A stretch of 64,000 nucleotides of DNA from Lytechinus pictus (Eukaryota): NCBI RefSeq assembly GCF_037042905.1, contig NC_087259.1, positions 21,142,001 to 21,206,000 of the forward strand, read 5' to 3'. The position numbers and the translations under genes were made by a program. Below are positions 24,466 to 37,062 of this stretch, piece after piece. The notes beneath the pieces are model-generated. The model had not been told where the DNA came from. It worked only from the letters and a program-made list of their open reading frames with translations, and did not search any database. How positions within the stretch are numbered: position 1 is the stretch's first letter; every line of letters begins with the position of its first letter.

Positions 24466-27400
24466 ATGGCATCAGCTGATCTTCAGTGGCTTATCATCCG
24501 TAACAACTCCTGCTTCTTGAAGCATGAGGGCGGTGTCACCATGAGCACAGTAAGTTTGTCTTTTCATAATATTTACTAGATTTGAATATTTGTGATTTTA
24601 CCTGTTATCCATTATGTACAGCTGATTGCTGTTGGTCTCTGCCACCTATCAGAGGAAGAAGAAGATAGGTTTGGGAGTTATTTTTCAGTCTCTTTTTTCG
24701 ATCTCTAATTTCTTTTTGTGCAGCAAAAGTTTATCAAAATTTATGGCAGATGAATCTGATTTGCATCCACATTCAAACCTTCTTTAGTGGGCATTTTGTG
24801 AAACATGTGACTGTTCATTCACTCGCTTTATACATGCATGTAACAAAAAAGTGTGTGCACCTACTTGGTGAATGGTTTCCTGAATAAAAATATGCCCTTT
24901 GGTGACCTAACTTTCTTTTTATGATCCTAGTACGGACAATGCTTTGTATTTCTTCTCTCTTATAACATTTCATAATTTGATTTGACTGTCATCCCTTGCA
25001 TTTGAATTCAATGTAATAATTTTATGATATTTCTTAAAGTCATTCCAGCTTTGAAATAGTCTGCAGTGCAAAACTTTACTTGTGTTAAGGGTCTGAATGT
25101 GCAGCCTACTAATGCCTTATGTACTGTAGGCCTTGAAGTTTTGTATGTGCTAGTCTTTGCGTGGAGACCCGCTTGCTATTCAAAGTTTCAATCAGGGTCC
25201 GTGCCAGCAGACTGACTTTGAAGAGGGTAATCCCTTTATACTCTTAAATTTTTCCAAGCTAAACTGGGATTGTAACGTTAGGGGGTGAGGCAGATAACTG
25301 TTTTTTGTTTCTATTTACAACGAAAATGGTGAAGTGCAGGTAAGAATTATGATGGATATTCACAATTATGTTCCATTTCTATATTTTACCTGGATTTGTC
25401 CTTTTGTTGTGTTTTTATCAGGAGCCAAACAACTTGAAGAACAGGAATTCATTCAAGTACAATGGACTCATCCATAGGAAGGTGAGCATTACACCATGCG
25501 GTCAGCAGTAGTTCAGAGCAGGGGTAGCCACAGGATTTCATAAAACCCCACTTAATTCAGCTCTTATGCTTGTGTGTTGTTACCCTATCAAATCACATCA
25601 AATGAAATCAAAATCAACTGAATACATGTTTAGAGCACATAGATCAGGAAATGCAAGTTGAGCAGAGTCAAGATATTCGACTTACAGGGGAAGTTCACCT
25701 GACAAAAAGGTTTATTTAAAAAATAGCAGAAAAAATAATAGAAGATATTGGTGGAGGTTTGAGAAAAATCCATCAAAGAATAAAAAAGTTATTAGAATTA
25801 TAATCATTTAATTTGTGACGTCATATGTAGGCAGCTTTCCTACGTAGCGAATGGTAAAACAATTCTAATAACTTTCTAAATCTTTAATGGATTTTCCTCA
25901 AACCTTCACCAATATTTTTTATTATTTGTTCTGCTATTTCTGCAACAAACTTGTTTCAGCTTTCAAGTTGCCATGTGATTCTTTATTCATACCCTATCTA
26001 ATCACATAAAATGAAATCAAATGTATATAGAATGTTAAAGGTCAAGTCCACCCCAACAAAATGTTGATATGAATCAATAGAGAAAAATCAGACAAGCACA
26101 ATGCTGAAAATTTCATCAAAATCGGATGTAAAATAAGAAAGTTATGACATTTCAAAGTTTCGCTCATTTTTAACAAAATAGTTATATGAACGAGCCAGTT
26201 ACATCCAAATTAGAGAGTCGATGATGTCACTCACTCACTATTTCTTTTGTTTTTTATTGTTTGAATTATACAATATTTCAATTTTTACGAATTTGACGAT
26301 TAGGACCTCCTTGCCTGAGCCACAAAAAGTTAAAATAATGGAATTCCACGTATTCAGGGAGGAATGAAACTTCATTTCACATGACAATGACGAGAAAATC
26401 AAAATATTTCAGAATTTGTATAATAAAATACAAAAGAAATAGTGAGTGAGTGATGTCATCAGTTCCCTCATTTGCATACCGACCGGGATGTGCATATAAC
26501 TCTTTTGTGAAATGAAGCGAAACTTTAAAATGTCATAACTTTCTTATTTTACATCCGATTTTGATGAAATTTTCAGTGTTATGCTTGTTGAATTTTTCTC
26601 TTTTCATTCGAATCAAGTTTTTGTTGGGGTGGACTTGTCCTTTAAGAGATCGTAGACGTGTATTGAGTTGAGTCAAGATATTTTGTAGTTCTGAGCAATC
26701 GTACTGAAAATTTTCATTCATTTTTTCCGAAGGCCGTAGGAGTCGAGGCTGCTGCTGATGGCAAAGGTGTTGTTCTGGTCACCAAGAAGACCAAAGGAAG
26801 TAAGTCAATTTATTTTATTTTTTTTAAATTTTATTTTAACCAGGATTAAATATTGGAGTATATTTATGAAGTAAGAGATGAAATCTGCAGGTTTATGATA
26901 TAGGTGTTTATTTTCAAGGGCCATTTCATAAAACTTGTTATAATAACAAACTTGCAATAACAGTTTAAAGCTACTGAAATCATTCACTTTGATTGGCTGT
27001 TAGCAAGCTTTTAACAAGTCTTTATGAAACGGCACACAGATGTCCATAGTAGACAACATCCTACCAAAAATAATTTCCATGAATATTGAGCTTGAATTGT
27101 GGAAGAAACTCTGAATATGATTTGGAAGTGGTGATTGCAGTGTGCCTACAAGCGATGTATTCTGTGCTATTTGGAATGGCCCAAAATGATCTAACATTGA
27201 TCAGATCCTGCATTAATCATTATTAACTGCATGCATAAATACATTAATGGGACAAAACTTAACATCAATAACGTGCAAATGATTGGCCTGAACATTCTGC
27301 TATTTTCATTTTGTTCAATATTTGGAGAGCAATTGCTTTCACATTCACTTTTTATGACATCTTTTCACGTAATAACCAGAAAATTAATTGAAAATCTCAG

Positions 27401-29166
27401 TGATGGATTTCACCCTTTAGCATGAAGTACCCTTTTAAATTGCACCTTTATAAATAATATACATGCAGGAAAGAAATAAAGTATGTTCCCAAGCAGAATT
27501 GAAACAATTCTTATTTTTGTGATTTTTGTCTCACCTGCATAGCAGAGTGAGACTATAGGCGCCGCTTTTCCGACGGCGACGGCGGCGGCGGCGGCGACGG
27601 CGGCGTCAACACCAAATCTTAACCTGAGGTTAAGTTTTTGAAATGACAGCATAACTTAGAAAGTATATGGACCTAGTTCATGAAACTTGGCCATAAGGTT
27701 AATCAAGTATTACTGAACATCCTGCCTGAGTTTCATGTCACATGACCAAGGTCAAAGGTCATTTAGGGTCAATGAACTTAGACCATGTTGGGGGAATCAA
27801 CATCAAAATCTTAACCTAAGGTTAAGTTTTTGAAATGTCATCATAACTTAGAAAATATATGGACCTAGTTCATGAAACTTATACATAAGGTTAATCAAGT
27901 ATCACTGAACATCCTGCATGAGTTTCACGTCACATGACCAAGGTCAAAGGTCATTTAGGGTCAATGAACTTTGGCCGAATTGGGGGTATCTGTTGAATTA
28001 CCATCATAACTTTGAAAGTTTATGGATCTGATTCATGAAACTTGGACATAATAGTAATCAAGTATTACTGAACATCCTGTGCAAGTTTCAGGTCACATGA
28101 TCAAGGTCAAAGGTCATTTAGGGTCAATGAACTTTGGCCAAATTGGGGTATTTGTTGAATTACAGCCATAAATTTGAAAGTGTGTTGGTCTAGTTCATAA
28201 AACTTGGACATAATAGTAATCAAGTATCACTGAACATCCTCTGCGAGTTTCAGGTCACATGATCAAGGTCAAAGGTCATGTAAGGTCAAAGAACTTTGGC
28301 CACGTTGGGGGTATTTGTTGAATTGCCATCATATCTCTATAAGTGTATTGGTCTAGTTCATAAAACGTGGAAATAAGAGTAACCAAGTATCACTGAACAT
28401 CTTGTGCGAGTTATAGTAGTTTTCAAAATCAGCACTGCTGCTATATTGAATCGCGTGATGCAGGTGAGACGGCCAGAGGCATTCCACTTGTTGTGATTCT
28501 AGAACCTAGAGCATACTCAATTTTTTTAATGCAATAAATTACCTTCCTTTCCCAGTTGATCTTTTTAATGCAATCAATTGCAAAAAATGTTTAAAGATCG
28601 TTGCTAAGCTTTGTGTTAATGGCCCCTCATAAAATTTAATTTATAGGAGAAAATTAGTGTAGTGAAACAGAGTAGTGAATTTTTTAAATCAGACAAGGAA
28701 TTTCAGACTGATTAAAAGAAATTACATCACTTAGACTTTTCAATTAGCATCTTTAACTTCAGACTAGAGAAATTATTGTAATATAACATAGAAAACACAT
28801 TTTTTGTATGTACTCATAACAGAAAAGTTTAATTCATTTTTTGTTTGACTACTTTTACTTAATCTAAACTTTCATCAGTCTGCCTCTATTCTATGAATTC
28901 TTTCTTTCCATTTTGATTTCGCTTTTAATTTATACCTGCAACCTTTCCCCATCCTAGCAATGAACAAGCCCGTCAAGACCTTCAACCGTGTTGAGATGAA
29001 GAAGGACTCCCGCCGTACCCTCACTGCTATCCGTCGCACTCTGAAGAAGGGATACCGCAAGGATCTTAAGATGGCCGCCCTAAGGAGAGCGAGTGCCATC
29101 ATCAGGAGTCAGAGACCAATCACATCGGTCCAGAAGAAGCGCCCTACCAAGAACAGGCGTACATGA
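24466..29166 (+). CDS. RPL28: 60S ribosomal protein L28 (eL28), 139 aa
   Basis: Exons 24466-24549, 25422-25481, 26733-26799, 28958-29166 with GT-AG introns in phase: [85 protein letters not shown] at ~29262. Confidence 0.97.
25685..25960. mobile_element. Palindromic Kolobok-like MITE remnant in RPL28 intron
   Basis: aggggaagttcac start; inverted arms aatagcagaaaaaataata..tattggtggaggtttgag / ctcaaaccttcaccaata..tattatttgttctgctatt. Confidence 0.55.
26039..26641. mobile_element. Kolobok-type MITE (family of 17549-18131, opposite orientation)
   Basis: TTAA TSD; aggtcaagtccaccccaac / gttggggtggacttgtcct termini. Decayed relatives at ~29905-30330 and ~33845-34560. Confidence 0.85.
27525..28490 (+). 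mobile_element. Helentron-associated (HINE/Tsp/pearl-like) element with internal minisatellite
   Basis: 13-bp sub-terminal inverted repeat gtctcacctgcat (27528-27540) / atgcaggtgagac (28458-28470); (GGC)n microsatellite; ~5 tandem units of 162-191 bp with caaggtcaaaggtca; ends cacttgtt. Confidence 0.8.
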
Positions 29167-32019
29167 GACAACAGCGCCCTCTTCCTTCCCCCACTAGACA
29201 CTAGGACTGGTTATTCTGTGGAGACGTTTACCATCATGTCACTCACTGTATGGCTGTTATGAATAAATGACATTCATTAGTGCAACCAATCCCACTCTGT
29301 TGCTTTGTTTCTTGCTGTTTGATTTTATAGTTAGTGTTATGAGTGGGGTATAGTTGTGTGGATTGTGGTCATGGCAATAACAAGGTAGATCAGTTCATGA
29401 GAAGATAGAAAAAGGTCAATGGTTCCTGACTGGGCAAGTGCTTCTAAAAAGTTATGTAGCACCCTGCTAGAACGCTGTGCAATACCAGGTATATTAGTAA
29501 AGGTGTACAATATCAGAAGTTGAAGTTGCTAAGTCCTTACAATTTTCTTTTTGAATGAAAGAATTTTGAAAATTGCTTCAGAATTTTAAACACTTGCAAT
29601 ATTTTCCTCCCCCATCCTCTTGAAATTATTTTTTTTTACGACCAAAGAAATGCAAGTACATTTACTTCATTGAAGGAAAACATTGAAAATTAGTCATATT
29701 CATTTTATCACTAAATTTCAACCGATTTCTGTTACCTTTACCTGCATGAATATGCATATACAATGTATAATGAACATCAATATTTATGTTCCATAAAATG
29801 AGGTTTAGTGATTGGTCATACTGGTCATACAGATATTTTCAAATGATTATTCATAATGTAAATCAATCGTTGAAAATCAGATCCTATGATCATTTGCTGA
29901 GCAAGGGATAGTCCACCCATCCTTGATTTGAATAGTAAGAGAAAATCAAACAACACTGAAACTTTCATCAAAATCAGATGTAAAAGTTATTTTAGATATT
30001 TTTGGCACTTTAGTTTGTTTTTTTTTTCTTCACAAAACTGTTTTATACTCGACACATGAATATGCAAATGAGAGAATGGATGTCATCCATTCACTATATA
30101 TTTTGTATTTTATGGTATTATACAATATTTCATTATTTGCTGATTTGACCAACAGAAAGCTCCTTCATTTGCATACCGACCAGGATGTGCATATAACTGA
30201 AATTGAGCAACACTTTTAAATGTCACAACTTTCTTATTTTACATTTAATGAAAATTTCTATGTTGAGTTTTCTCATTTTGTTTCCAATTATTCAAATTAA
30301 CTCTTTGTTCAGGTGGAATTGCCCCTTTTGAAAAAGTTTATGGAAATGGGGAAAGGGAAGTGGATGGATAGAAACTGGATATTTAAAAAAATGAATGGTG
30401 ATCATGATGAGTGAATGAACAGAAGAAAAAGAAAAAATATTTTGATCAAAAGGAGTGCATGATTAAGAGGAAGAGTAAACGTGGAAAGAAATAAAGGGTG
30501 GGGTTGATGTAAAGGGAATGAATGAAAACAATGGGGAAAGTGAGAAATGGTAGATGGATTTAAAACACGATATGATAAAAAAAAAGGATGAGTAAGAGAA
30601 CAGACCTGTGCCCCGTTGCATACATGTTAAGTATGCCTTCCAATTGTAACTACTAAGGTAACATGGTCCAACAGCCAATCAAAATCAAGGATTCCATAAA
30701 AGATACCATTGGATGGCGAAGTTACCATGATAGTAATTCATATGCAATGGGGCCCAGGGGTCCATTTCATAAACCATGATGGCTTTGCCACTTTGGCAAC
30801 TACTATGGTAACATGGCTCAGCAGCCAATCGAAATCGAGGAATCCATGGATCTTTCTGAAACGGGCCCAAGAGAGGGAGGGGGTGGGGGCAGAAACGCAT
30901 GACAATTAGAAGTTTGGTTGACAGGAAGAACCAGAGTTTCTTGGTGCGAAAATCGATTATCCCATTCAAAAGATTACTCCATTCTATCTTGTATATTTTT
31001 CTTTTCTGTGTTTATACTCCATTATTTCTCTTCTTTTCTTCTACTTCATGATATTATTTCCTTTTCTTCTCCTTTCTATTATGTTCTATTACATTGCCAA
31101 TCCCATTTTGTTTTATCATATTATATTCCATTATTTATATTGTGTTCTATATTCCCAAGGGCGGAAATCTCTCCATAAAAGTAGGGGGACCAGGGGCTGG
31201 ACAATTTGATAAGAAAAAATAAGGTAATCACCCAAAAAGTAACGTCATCTCATCCAAAATACATGTTTTATTTCGATTTTTAATGATATATTTCTTTCCA
31301 CCAAAAATAGTAGGGTGACATTTGATATTGTGTCCCCCTACCATTTTGGGTAGGGGGAACGCGTTCCCTCTGGGATTTCCGCCCATGTATATTAATTCCA
31401 TTCTCTTGTTTTTCATTCTATCATATACTGTTCTTTTGCCCCTTCCCTTTCTTTTCATTTCTTCTCCTATTCTCCGTCCAATGCTCTAAAAGGAAATGGA
31501 GGTTTGCGGGGGGGGGGGGGGTCCATCACCAGTCAAGGAATGCAACTTCCCAATGTAAAAATTTTGTCGCTCATATAGCACAGCCTTGAACTTGACTGAC
31601 AGTTCATAAACATGTGTTTTGTACCCAAAATTGTCATTTCCTCTGACCTGATCAAAGGTCGTATATGATCCATGCATACTCCATTCAAATTAAAATTGCA
31701 CATTGTGTTCAATGCCAACGAAGGCAACGAATGTAGGTCGACTGCGGTGTGTAGAGTATATCACATGCTATCAGATTGTATATACACATGTACTTCAGAT
31801 ACTACTGGCTGTTTACCGAATGTGTCTGTATTTTAAATATCGAGTTCAAATTTGCAGCTTTATTTGTGTTGATCATTGGACCAGGCTGACTGATGATTCT
31901 TGTTGATATAAACTCAATTCATGAGACTGTAAAGAGTTTGTCTCGAATGATTGCACTGCAAGTTGAATTGATTTTGGAATACGAATTATAAGTCCCTGGA
32001 GTTTAACATTGGAATAAAG

Positions 32020-33472
32020 ATGTCATCGTCTGCTGTCAGTGATGGAGAATGTGAACACAAAACCCGTACAATTCTCTGGTGCATGCCTCGGTCAGTTTCC
32101 ACCGCTTTAACAAAATGTCTTAGCTTCACACCTGACACACATGTGTGGTTCGAACCTTACTGTTACTGCTCCCTCGCAAGGCGGGAAATACAAAATCGTC
32201 TGCAAGTCGACTTGCCGACCTTTTACCATGGCAATGAACATACTTTTCACCAGGCAGCCAGCTTCATGAACGAATCAACAAGCTGTAAATCATTCAAATC
32301 TGAAAGTCTTTCGTAGGTATAAGCTGCATTTTACCATCCTATAAAAAACGGGATACAAAAAGAGTCATGTTGTAACTTGGAAATAAAATAAACATTTTTA
32401 AGATCTAAGTAACTATCGATCTTCCAGGGACCGCGGGGCGCGGAACGGTGTCGAAAGTGCGGAGCTGAGCCAAAATAGGGGGGGGGGGATGGGCTGACCA
32501 TGCAAAATATCACAATCAGATGGTCATTTTTACGTTTTTGTACATGGTTTTGAAAAAAAAACAGGTGTGTGTGTGTGTGGGGGGGGGGGGGCTGAAGCCC
32601 ATCCACCCAGCCCCCCCACCTGTTTTCGCGGTCCATGTCTTTATCTTTAACATTCTATCCACTCATTGCAAAGTTTCAAAGCAGGCTTAATTGTCACTGA
32701 AGTTTCAGCTTAATTAAATCAATGTGATATTTTAGACCGTCTTAGATTGATGAAAATAACGATATTTCTGTCCATTATATCGGTCATAATGAGCTCTTTC
32801 CTCTATTCGAATTTCGGTTACAGGTATAACGAAGTGAAGAAATCCCTTGAAAGTTGGTCAAACAAGCATGTTTTTGTGAAAGACATTGCATTCAGCATAG
32901 GTGAGAATGAGCGTCCATTCCTGCCGACGGGATTTAAGCATACTTTCCTCATCCGACATCCTCTGCGCTCCTTCTACTCCCAAAGGAAAATGATGTTCGA
33001 ACACTGCTCCAAACTTGGGCTCTTGACCGGCGAAGCCGCCGATGAGTCGACATACGACCTCGAGCGGCATAACCACTACATGACCCCGGGTCTTTTCATC
33101 AAGGACGTCTATGACCTCTGGAAGTATATTCGGGAGAATTTTGATAGGGACCCCGTCGTGATGGACGGTGACGATCTGCTTGCGAACCCTTCCGAAATGC
33201 TCCCGAAGTATTGCCGAGCCGTCGGACTGCCTTGCGAAGAATCCCGATTGACGTGGGATGCTTCGCTGAATGTTGTGAAGACGTGGAAACTGCCTGCCGA
33301 TGATCTCTTGGAGAACATCGTAGCGTGGTATGGAACTGCGACGAGGAGTAGCGGATTCAAACCAGCCAATAGGATGCCTTCTCGTGACGAAGTTACTCGA
33401 GACGTCATAAGATGTACTGACCAAGTCTTGCCATTTTATGAAGAGATGTATGAACATCGAATGAAAGTCTAA
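32020..33472 (+). CDS. P-loop sulfotransferase-like protein, 313 aa
   Basis: Exons 32020-32312 and 32824-33472 join in phase (TC|G). 5'-PSB-like ILWCMPRSVSTAL, WFEPY, VFVKD, 3'-PB-like FLIRHP..S, and DGDDLLANP..L..YC..VGL..W typical of this sulfotransferase-like family. Confidence 0.85.
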
Positions 33473-35272
33473 CGAAAATGGTTAACATTATCTCCATACA
33501 TTATTACAGTGGTTATTGATTATACTACAGAAAGCAATGAACAAAAACCAATATTCAAAATAATGGACAATGATAGTAAAAGGATAGTGTTGAATATATA
33601 TCATATATATGCCTGTTGGCCACCTGCTTTTTGCACAGGTTATGGGATCGACGTACGAAATCCTGTCCAGATAGATGTGTTACTTTCATAAGAGAGAGCA
33701 TGGTGATCAAACAATAAATTCTGCCAATGAAACCATTGCATTGCAGTAAACGCCGCCTTCAGCTCCAAAATAAAGATGTAAATTAAATCCGCATTTTTTC
33801 ATAGTGGCAACAATCTATAAATCAGTAAGGGTCACTGCGCTTAAAGGGGTATTCCAGGTTGAATACATATTATTTTGAAGGGATAAAGTAATATCAGCAT
33901 CAAAATCAGACAAGAAAATCCCGAAGGAAATAAGGTTAATAACCTTATTTCCTTATTTCCTAAAAAAAAAAATGTCATAATATGACATTTTTATATGCAT
34001 TTCTTCATAAATATGCGATTAGCACGATGATGATGTCATATCTATACCAGCTTGTTCTTTGATATTAATATGAAATTATATTTATTAAAATTCATGTCAA
34101 CGAAAAATGTAAAAAAGGGACCCAACAACTTATTTGATGCGTGAGATAATCATTGCTAAAACTTATTTTGTCACAAGGGAGACGCGCATGCCCTCTTAAA
34201 ACGAATTAGTCAAATTGACTAGACCAGTATAGTCAGCTGGATGCAACTGATATGGCAATCACTGATTATCACATTTCTGACATATATTCTAGTCAGAAAA
34301 ACTCTGTTTTAGTAAAATACGACTAGAATAACAGCTGCATCCAGCTGACCTTATTAACCAGTTGACTGATTTGTTTATATATGGAGTGTATGAAAAACGA
34401 AATAAACATAAGAAAAGGGAAAGTGGGGACAAATGACATCATCGACCCACCTACTGCATATTCATGATACGGCTTGCATATATCTTTTTTTTTACAAAGT
34501 GTTAAGTTTATAATTCAGTGATTTCGTTGTTTATTATCTGATATCTTCATCGAGTTTTTTTTTCAGCCAGGAGTGCGTACCGTTTAGGATCGCTCTCCAT
34601 AAAATAAATGAAAGATACTTTTCACGAGAGAGATAAGATAAAGGGATGGAGAGATCGAGATGGAAAGAAGAGGGGTAGGGAGTTTCCTTATAGTATATCA
34701 AAACAAACGCCCCACATGCCCCAGGCCCCAACCCCATGCACAAAACCTTACCAAACAAGAAAAAAAAATATCCAAACATAATACAAAGGCCCATTTTAGA
34801 GCAGAGCACCCCCAATGGGCCCATTGATCTGGGGTCCGTTGCAGAAAGGGTTGCGTTTAAACGCAAGTCAAAAAATCAATCGCAAGTCCCAAATGTGTGC
34901 TGTACGTTGATTGGTTGAAAATCAATCGAGTTATGATTGATTGCAACTCTTTCTGCAACGGGCCCCAGTACGCATGAGAATTAAGGGACCGGACTACATG
35001 TAGAATAAATGTGATTTTATTAAACCACGGTCCACCATAATTATCTGGAAGCACTGAAAAGGGGAAAATATGTCTGACTATACAAAAACAGCCACTAGAT
35101 ATCACCCCAAAGCAACTGAGATGCATGACAAAGATTTAGTTGGAAATGTCTGAATGCATGTTATATAAAAGCGAGAGAACGAGAGAGAACAAATAATTGA
35201 AATATAGATATATAGGCCTATACATATATAAATATAAAATTAATAAATCATTTAACTATGTGAATAAATATA

Positions 35273-35346
35273 ATGAATGAATGAATGGATGGATGGATGG
35301 ATGAATGAATGATTGGATGAATGAATGAATGAATGAATGAATGAAT
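35273..35346. repeat. (TGAA)n/(TGGA)n microsatellite
   Basis: Direct tetranucleotide repeats. Confidence 0.9.
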
Positions 35347-35347
35347 A

Positions 35348-35540
35348 AGGGGGCGGGGCAGGTCGGTCACCTTTCGTCAACAGCCTCCTAACCGGCACAT
35401 GCAGACGACGTACGGCGGATATCCGGCCCACTTATTATCCAGATATATATAGATACAGCGTTCGATTTGGATTCGCTCGCGCACTGCTGACGTGTGAATA
35501 TTTCTCGGTAAGATTGCTTTGCTTTATCATGTAAGGTAGA
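35348..35540 (+). promoter_or_regulatory. Probable SELENOF promoter and non-coding first exon
   Basis: GC box ggggcggggc (~35350), CpG-rich patch, donor candidates at 35508 (G|GTAAGA), 35531 and 35536. The first SELENOF coding exon has an upstream acceptor candidate (aacag, ~42856). Assignment is inference. Confidence 0.45.
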
Positions 35541-36486
35541 TCTATATAAGTCATCGTGATAAGTGCTCAAAGGGAAGGATTCCTAAATGATTCTAGGGTT
35601 CGTTTTGTTTCATCATGAATGTTTATACTAGATTTTAGATTAACGTTAGTCGTTACTCATCGGAAATCAACTTCCATTTTTGTAGTGTCCCATGTATTGA
35701 GTTCTGTGTAGGCCTAAATTAAGTTTGTTCCCCCTTCTCCACTCCTTCACTCTTCAGCCTAGACAGCTGGCAGCCATCTGTTTCGAGTTTTTTAACATTT
35801 TTTTTTTTTCATTTATCCTCGTACACAGACGGCTCTCTTTCATGTAGCCACCAGGCATTGGCAAAATCCCCCCGACAGCGACGGGGCTCATCGATTTTTG
35901 TCTTTATTTCATAAAAATATTTAAAAAGAACTGTAGGCCTACCAAAATAAAGATTATTGATATTCCGTTTTGGCCTGAAATGCACCAAAACGGGAAAAAA
36001 ACAGTGACTTACTTCGGCTGTCGCGTAACTTCACTTCCCTGTTTTATCCGAACTTAATACATAATAAACATGGGCGCCATTGAGTCCCTGTACCGTATGG
36101 GTACTAGTAGTAGTATTCAACCCGGCATAATTCAAAGATTTTGACATATTCCCCAAAATATTTAGAAATAGGGAATTTATCTTAATTTCATACCTTTGTT
36201 ATTTCCAGGGTAATCTGTTGTCGATATTTTCTTTGTCAATCTGTCGACTGTATGCGCGGAGGATCGAATTATGCGGCGATGGCCTTTTGCACTGAATGGT
36301 ACTAGTATTCAACCTAGTGAGGATTGATAGCAAATCTCAAAAGGGTTTAGAATGCTAAATTAGATCTAGATCTATGTAAGTCTCTGGCTTTGATTAATTC
36401 CCTGTTTGGTCTCATCTCAAATGGTCTAGTCCATAGTCGGATGGGACAAGGGCAGATTGAGAGACAGGGCCATCTTTCATCGCTAG

Positions 36487-37062
36487 TGTAGAGTGGCCGA
36501 ATGTTCAATGATACACCTCACAAAATCAGTCGTAAAACAAGCAAACTCAAATCATATCAAACAGCCAGAAGCACCAAATAAGAAGAACCTAAAATATAAT
36601 TGAAGCTGAACTAAACTCAAAATAAAGATGTTGACAAAATGAAGTCCAGTGATGCTCTAATTTATTGGTCTGCAATCTAGACCTCACAAGGCATTGCCTT
36701 CACAAATTATATATTCAAATGTATTCAAAACATAGTGTCACATGATAAATTCAACCAATAGAGAAAGAAAGAATGGAAGAACCCAGAAAAGTGGAAGAAC
36801 CAAGGGTGAAAGGTGAACCAATGAGAATGAGATAGGATGATATGAATGAGGAACAATGTTCTGAATGTAAATGAGAAAAGGACAATAGAAACATGTGGAG
36901 ATGCATGGAGTTGGAATGGCAATGGAATGATGTGATGTAGAAACTAAGGAATGAGAGAAACAGGTGTGTGACAGAGGCATAGAAATGGTAGTGAAGAGAA
37001 GTATGGAAAGCAAAGTGTGAAATAAACAATTATATTAAATAAGGCAAAATTCAACTCTTACA
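36487..37062 (-). repeat. 3' LTR
   Basis: Near-identical direct repeat of 41115-41690; preceded by the PPT on the minus strand. Confidence 0.95.

Noticed and set aside
27680-28400. Regularly spaced repeats as a CRISPR-like array
   Set aside because: Whole units are homologous with no unique spacers; eukaryotic element minisatellite.
32858-33457. 199-aa and 99-aa minus-strand ORFs
   Set aside because: Antisense shadows of the sulfotransferase-like exon.
36725-37029. Duplicated small hydrophobic ORFs (also 41353-41657)
   Set aside because: Lie in pyrimidine-rich LTR sequence; the duplication is just the two LTRs.
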